Origin: Ignavibacteria bacterium RIFCSPLOWO2_12_FULL_56_21
GTDB lineage: Bacteria > Bacteroidota > Ignavibacteria > UBA10030
Reading direction: 5' to 3'
NCBI GenBank assembly: GCA_001802945.1
Contig: MHAK01000077.1
Coordinates: forward strand, 37,520-101,519
DNA: 64,000 nt
Part shown: positions 63,206-64,000 of the stretch, one piece after another
Layout of the letters: the number at the start of each line of letters is the position of its first letter
Numbering within the stretch: the first letter of the stretch is position 1
Made by a program: the position numbers and the translations under genes
Notes under the pieces: generated by a model
What the model was told of the DNA's origin: nothing
What the model saw: the letters and a program-made list of their open reading frames with translations, nothing else
The model's database searches: none

Positions 63206-63264
63206 GCCGCAAAACATCGCATGAGTCACAAAATACTTTAGCACATTTTGCGCCTTTGTGCGGC
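63206..63264. repeat. Multi-register inverted-repeat element I
   Basis: CGCAAAA, CGCATGA and CACAAAA at 63208, 63218 and 63227. ATTTTGCG at 63245 and CTTTGTGCGGC at 63254. GCCGCA pairs with TGCGGC. Confidence 0.75.
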
Positions 63265-63290
63265 GAGTCTATTCGAAGCAGATGGTCTCC

Positions 63291-63330
63291 TCAAACAAAA
63301 GTGGGACGGCGAAAATCACCGTCCCACTTT
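63291..63330 (-). terminator. Rho-independent terminator after tRNA-Leu
   Basis: Minus strand reads AAAGTGGGACGG-tgattttcg-CCGTCCCACTTT-TGTTTGA. Confidence 0.8.
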
Positions 63331-63338
63331 GCCGAACG

Positions 63339-63421
63339 TGCGGAAGGCGGGACTTGAACCCGCACGCCTTGTGGGCGCCACCCCCTCAAGATGGTGTGTC
63401 TGCCAATTCCACCACTTCCGC
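63339..63421 (-). tRNA. tRNA-Leu (anticodon GAG), class II with a long variable arm
   Basis: The reverse complement reads GCGGAAGTGGTGGAATTGGCAGACACACCATCTTGAGGGGGTGGCGCCCACAAGGCGTGCGGGTTCAAGTCCCGCCTTCCGCA. It has a 7-bp acceptor stem, an anticodon stem-loop CCATC/TTGAGGG/GGTGG, a variable stem CGCC/GGCG, and a T arm GCGGG-TTCAAGT-CCCGC. No encoded CCA. Confidence 0.92.
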
Positions 63422-63536
63422 ATACTAAGTGCAAAATGGAAAGTGTAGAGTAAGAACTGAAAAGATTGCTCGAGAAAAGACCACTTCCCATCAAACTGCA
63501 TCATCAGTCTTCTCTCACAATCCATTTTGCTGATAG

Positions 63537-63565
63537 AAGTTAACGCTATGATGGGAGGATGTCAA
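63537..63565 (-). promoter_or_regulatory. Candidate promoter upstream of tRNA-Leu
   Basis: Minus strand reads TTGACA-17 nt-TAACTT, about 115 nt upstream of the mature tRNA 5' end. Confidence 0.3.
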
Positions 63566-63599
63566 GTTTGGGTGTTTTTCGTGGACAACTCTGACATAC

Positions 63600-64000
63600 T
63601 CACGTCCCCGCGTTGCCGAACTTTATGGAAAGCATGGCTGGCAAAGAGTTCACCAGCGAATGAATGAGGATGCTTGCCAACAAGTTGTTGTTCGTCCGGA
63701 CATACACTGTGCCAAGGATCAAGCCCATCGGTATCCCCTGCGCGCACGCAAGCCAAAGAGCCTGGGTAAAATCGCCATGCGAGGGCCACCGGGCATTCAG
63801 ATAGGCATAAGGAACATGGTAAAGTCCGAAAAGGACCGACGTAATCACCACTGCAACCACCTTCGACGAGAACAATGCCTGGAGTCTTGTTTGCAGAAAC
63901 CCCCGGAAAAAGAATTCTTCAGTCGACCCTGCCAGGAACAACATGAGGAGCAGCGATAAAGGAAAGAGATACAGCGCCTTTCCGGACAAAATGAGTTCCA
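63600..64000 (-). CDS. CPBP-family intramembrane glutamic endopeptidase (CAAX protease-like); 5' end runs off the window
   Basis: EEFFFRGFLQ, LFGLYH and HSLVN motifs. The frame stays open upstream of the track start (a TTG at 63989) to the window edge. Confidence 0.85.
   Translation of the reverse strand, partial: ELILSGKALYLFPLSLLLMLFLAGSTEEFFFRGFLQTRLQALFSSKVVAVVITSVLFGLYHVPYAYLNARWPSHGDFTQALWLACAQGIPMGLILGTVYVRTNNNLLASILIHSLVNSLPAMLSIKFGNAGT

Noticed and set aside
63135-63600. tRNA-Leu flank considered as an integration site for a mobile element or prophage
   Set aside because: No integrase or recombinase gene, no repeat of the tRNA 3' end, and no obvious compositional break within the visible 600 nt on either side.

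Overview
This 64-kb window is GC-rich, gene-dense bacterial chromosome. I call about 66 protein-coding genes (two run off the window edges, one is a truncated remnant) and one tRNA-Leu(GAG). I found no rRNA, CRISPR array, transposase, integrase or recognisable defence genes. From left to right the content is:
- a metal-uptake locus (DUF2946-like protein, outer-membrane barrel, ZnuA-like binding protein);
- redox and housekeeping genes (two Bcp-type peroxiredoxins, a DUF255 thioredoxin-like protein, tnaA, apt, glnA with an Lrp regulator, nagA, rpe);
- a tightly coupled 6-gene plus-strand operon with a B12-binding radical-SAM enzyme, a SAM methyltransferase and GT9/GT4/GT2 glycosyltransferases;
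- a nucleoside-salvage operon (cdd-tdk-nupC-punA);
- a roughly 13-kb minus-strand respiratory block. It encodes a ferredoxin, a Rieske protein, a split cytochrome b, an octaheme cytochrome c, a cupredoxin fusion, an aa3-type oxidase (order I-III-IV-x-x-II) and heme O/A synthases, behind a near-consensus sigma70-type promoter;
- bshC, an orphan MalK-type ATPase and aroA;
- the conserved rimP-nusA-infB-rbfA-truB-ribF-rpsO-pnp block;
- trpEG, a thioesterase, ltaE, lnt, a PAP2 phosphatase, a DedA protein, ispF, acyP and an AhpD-like protein.

BshC plus the b6-type split cytochrome b suggests an FCB-group (Chlorobi/Ignavibacteria/Bacteroidetes-related) organism. That is inference only.

The most unusual signal is non-coding. 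Between 41 and 63 kb almost every spacer carries structured repeats:
(i) at least eight multi-register inverted-repeat elements, built from about 10-nt-phased CRCNAAK units whose two arms covary;
(ii) two arrays of GC-rich tetraloop hairpins (BIME-like);
(iii) a 43-nt dispersed repeat.

Several strong hairpin plus T-tract structures sit 0-15 nt upstream of start codons (rimP, aroA, trpE). Nothing here was searched against databases. All homology calls come from motif recognition by eye.
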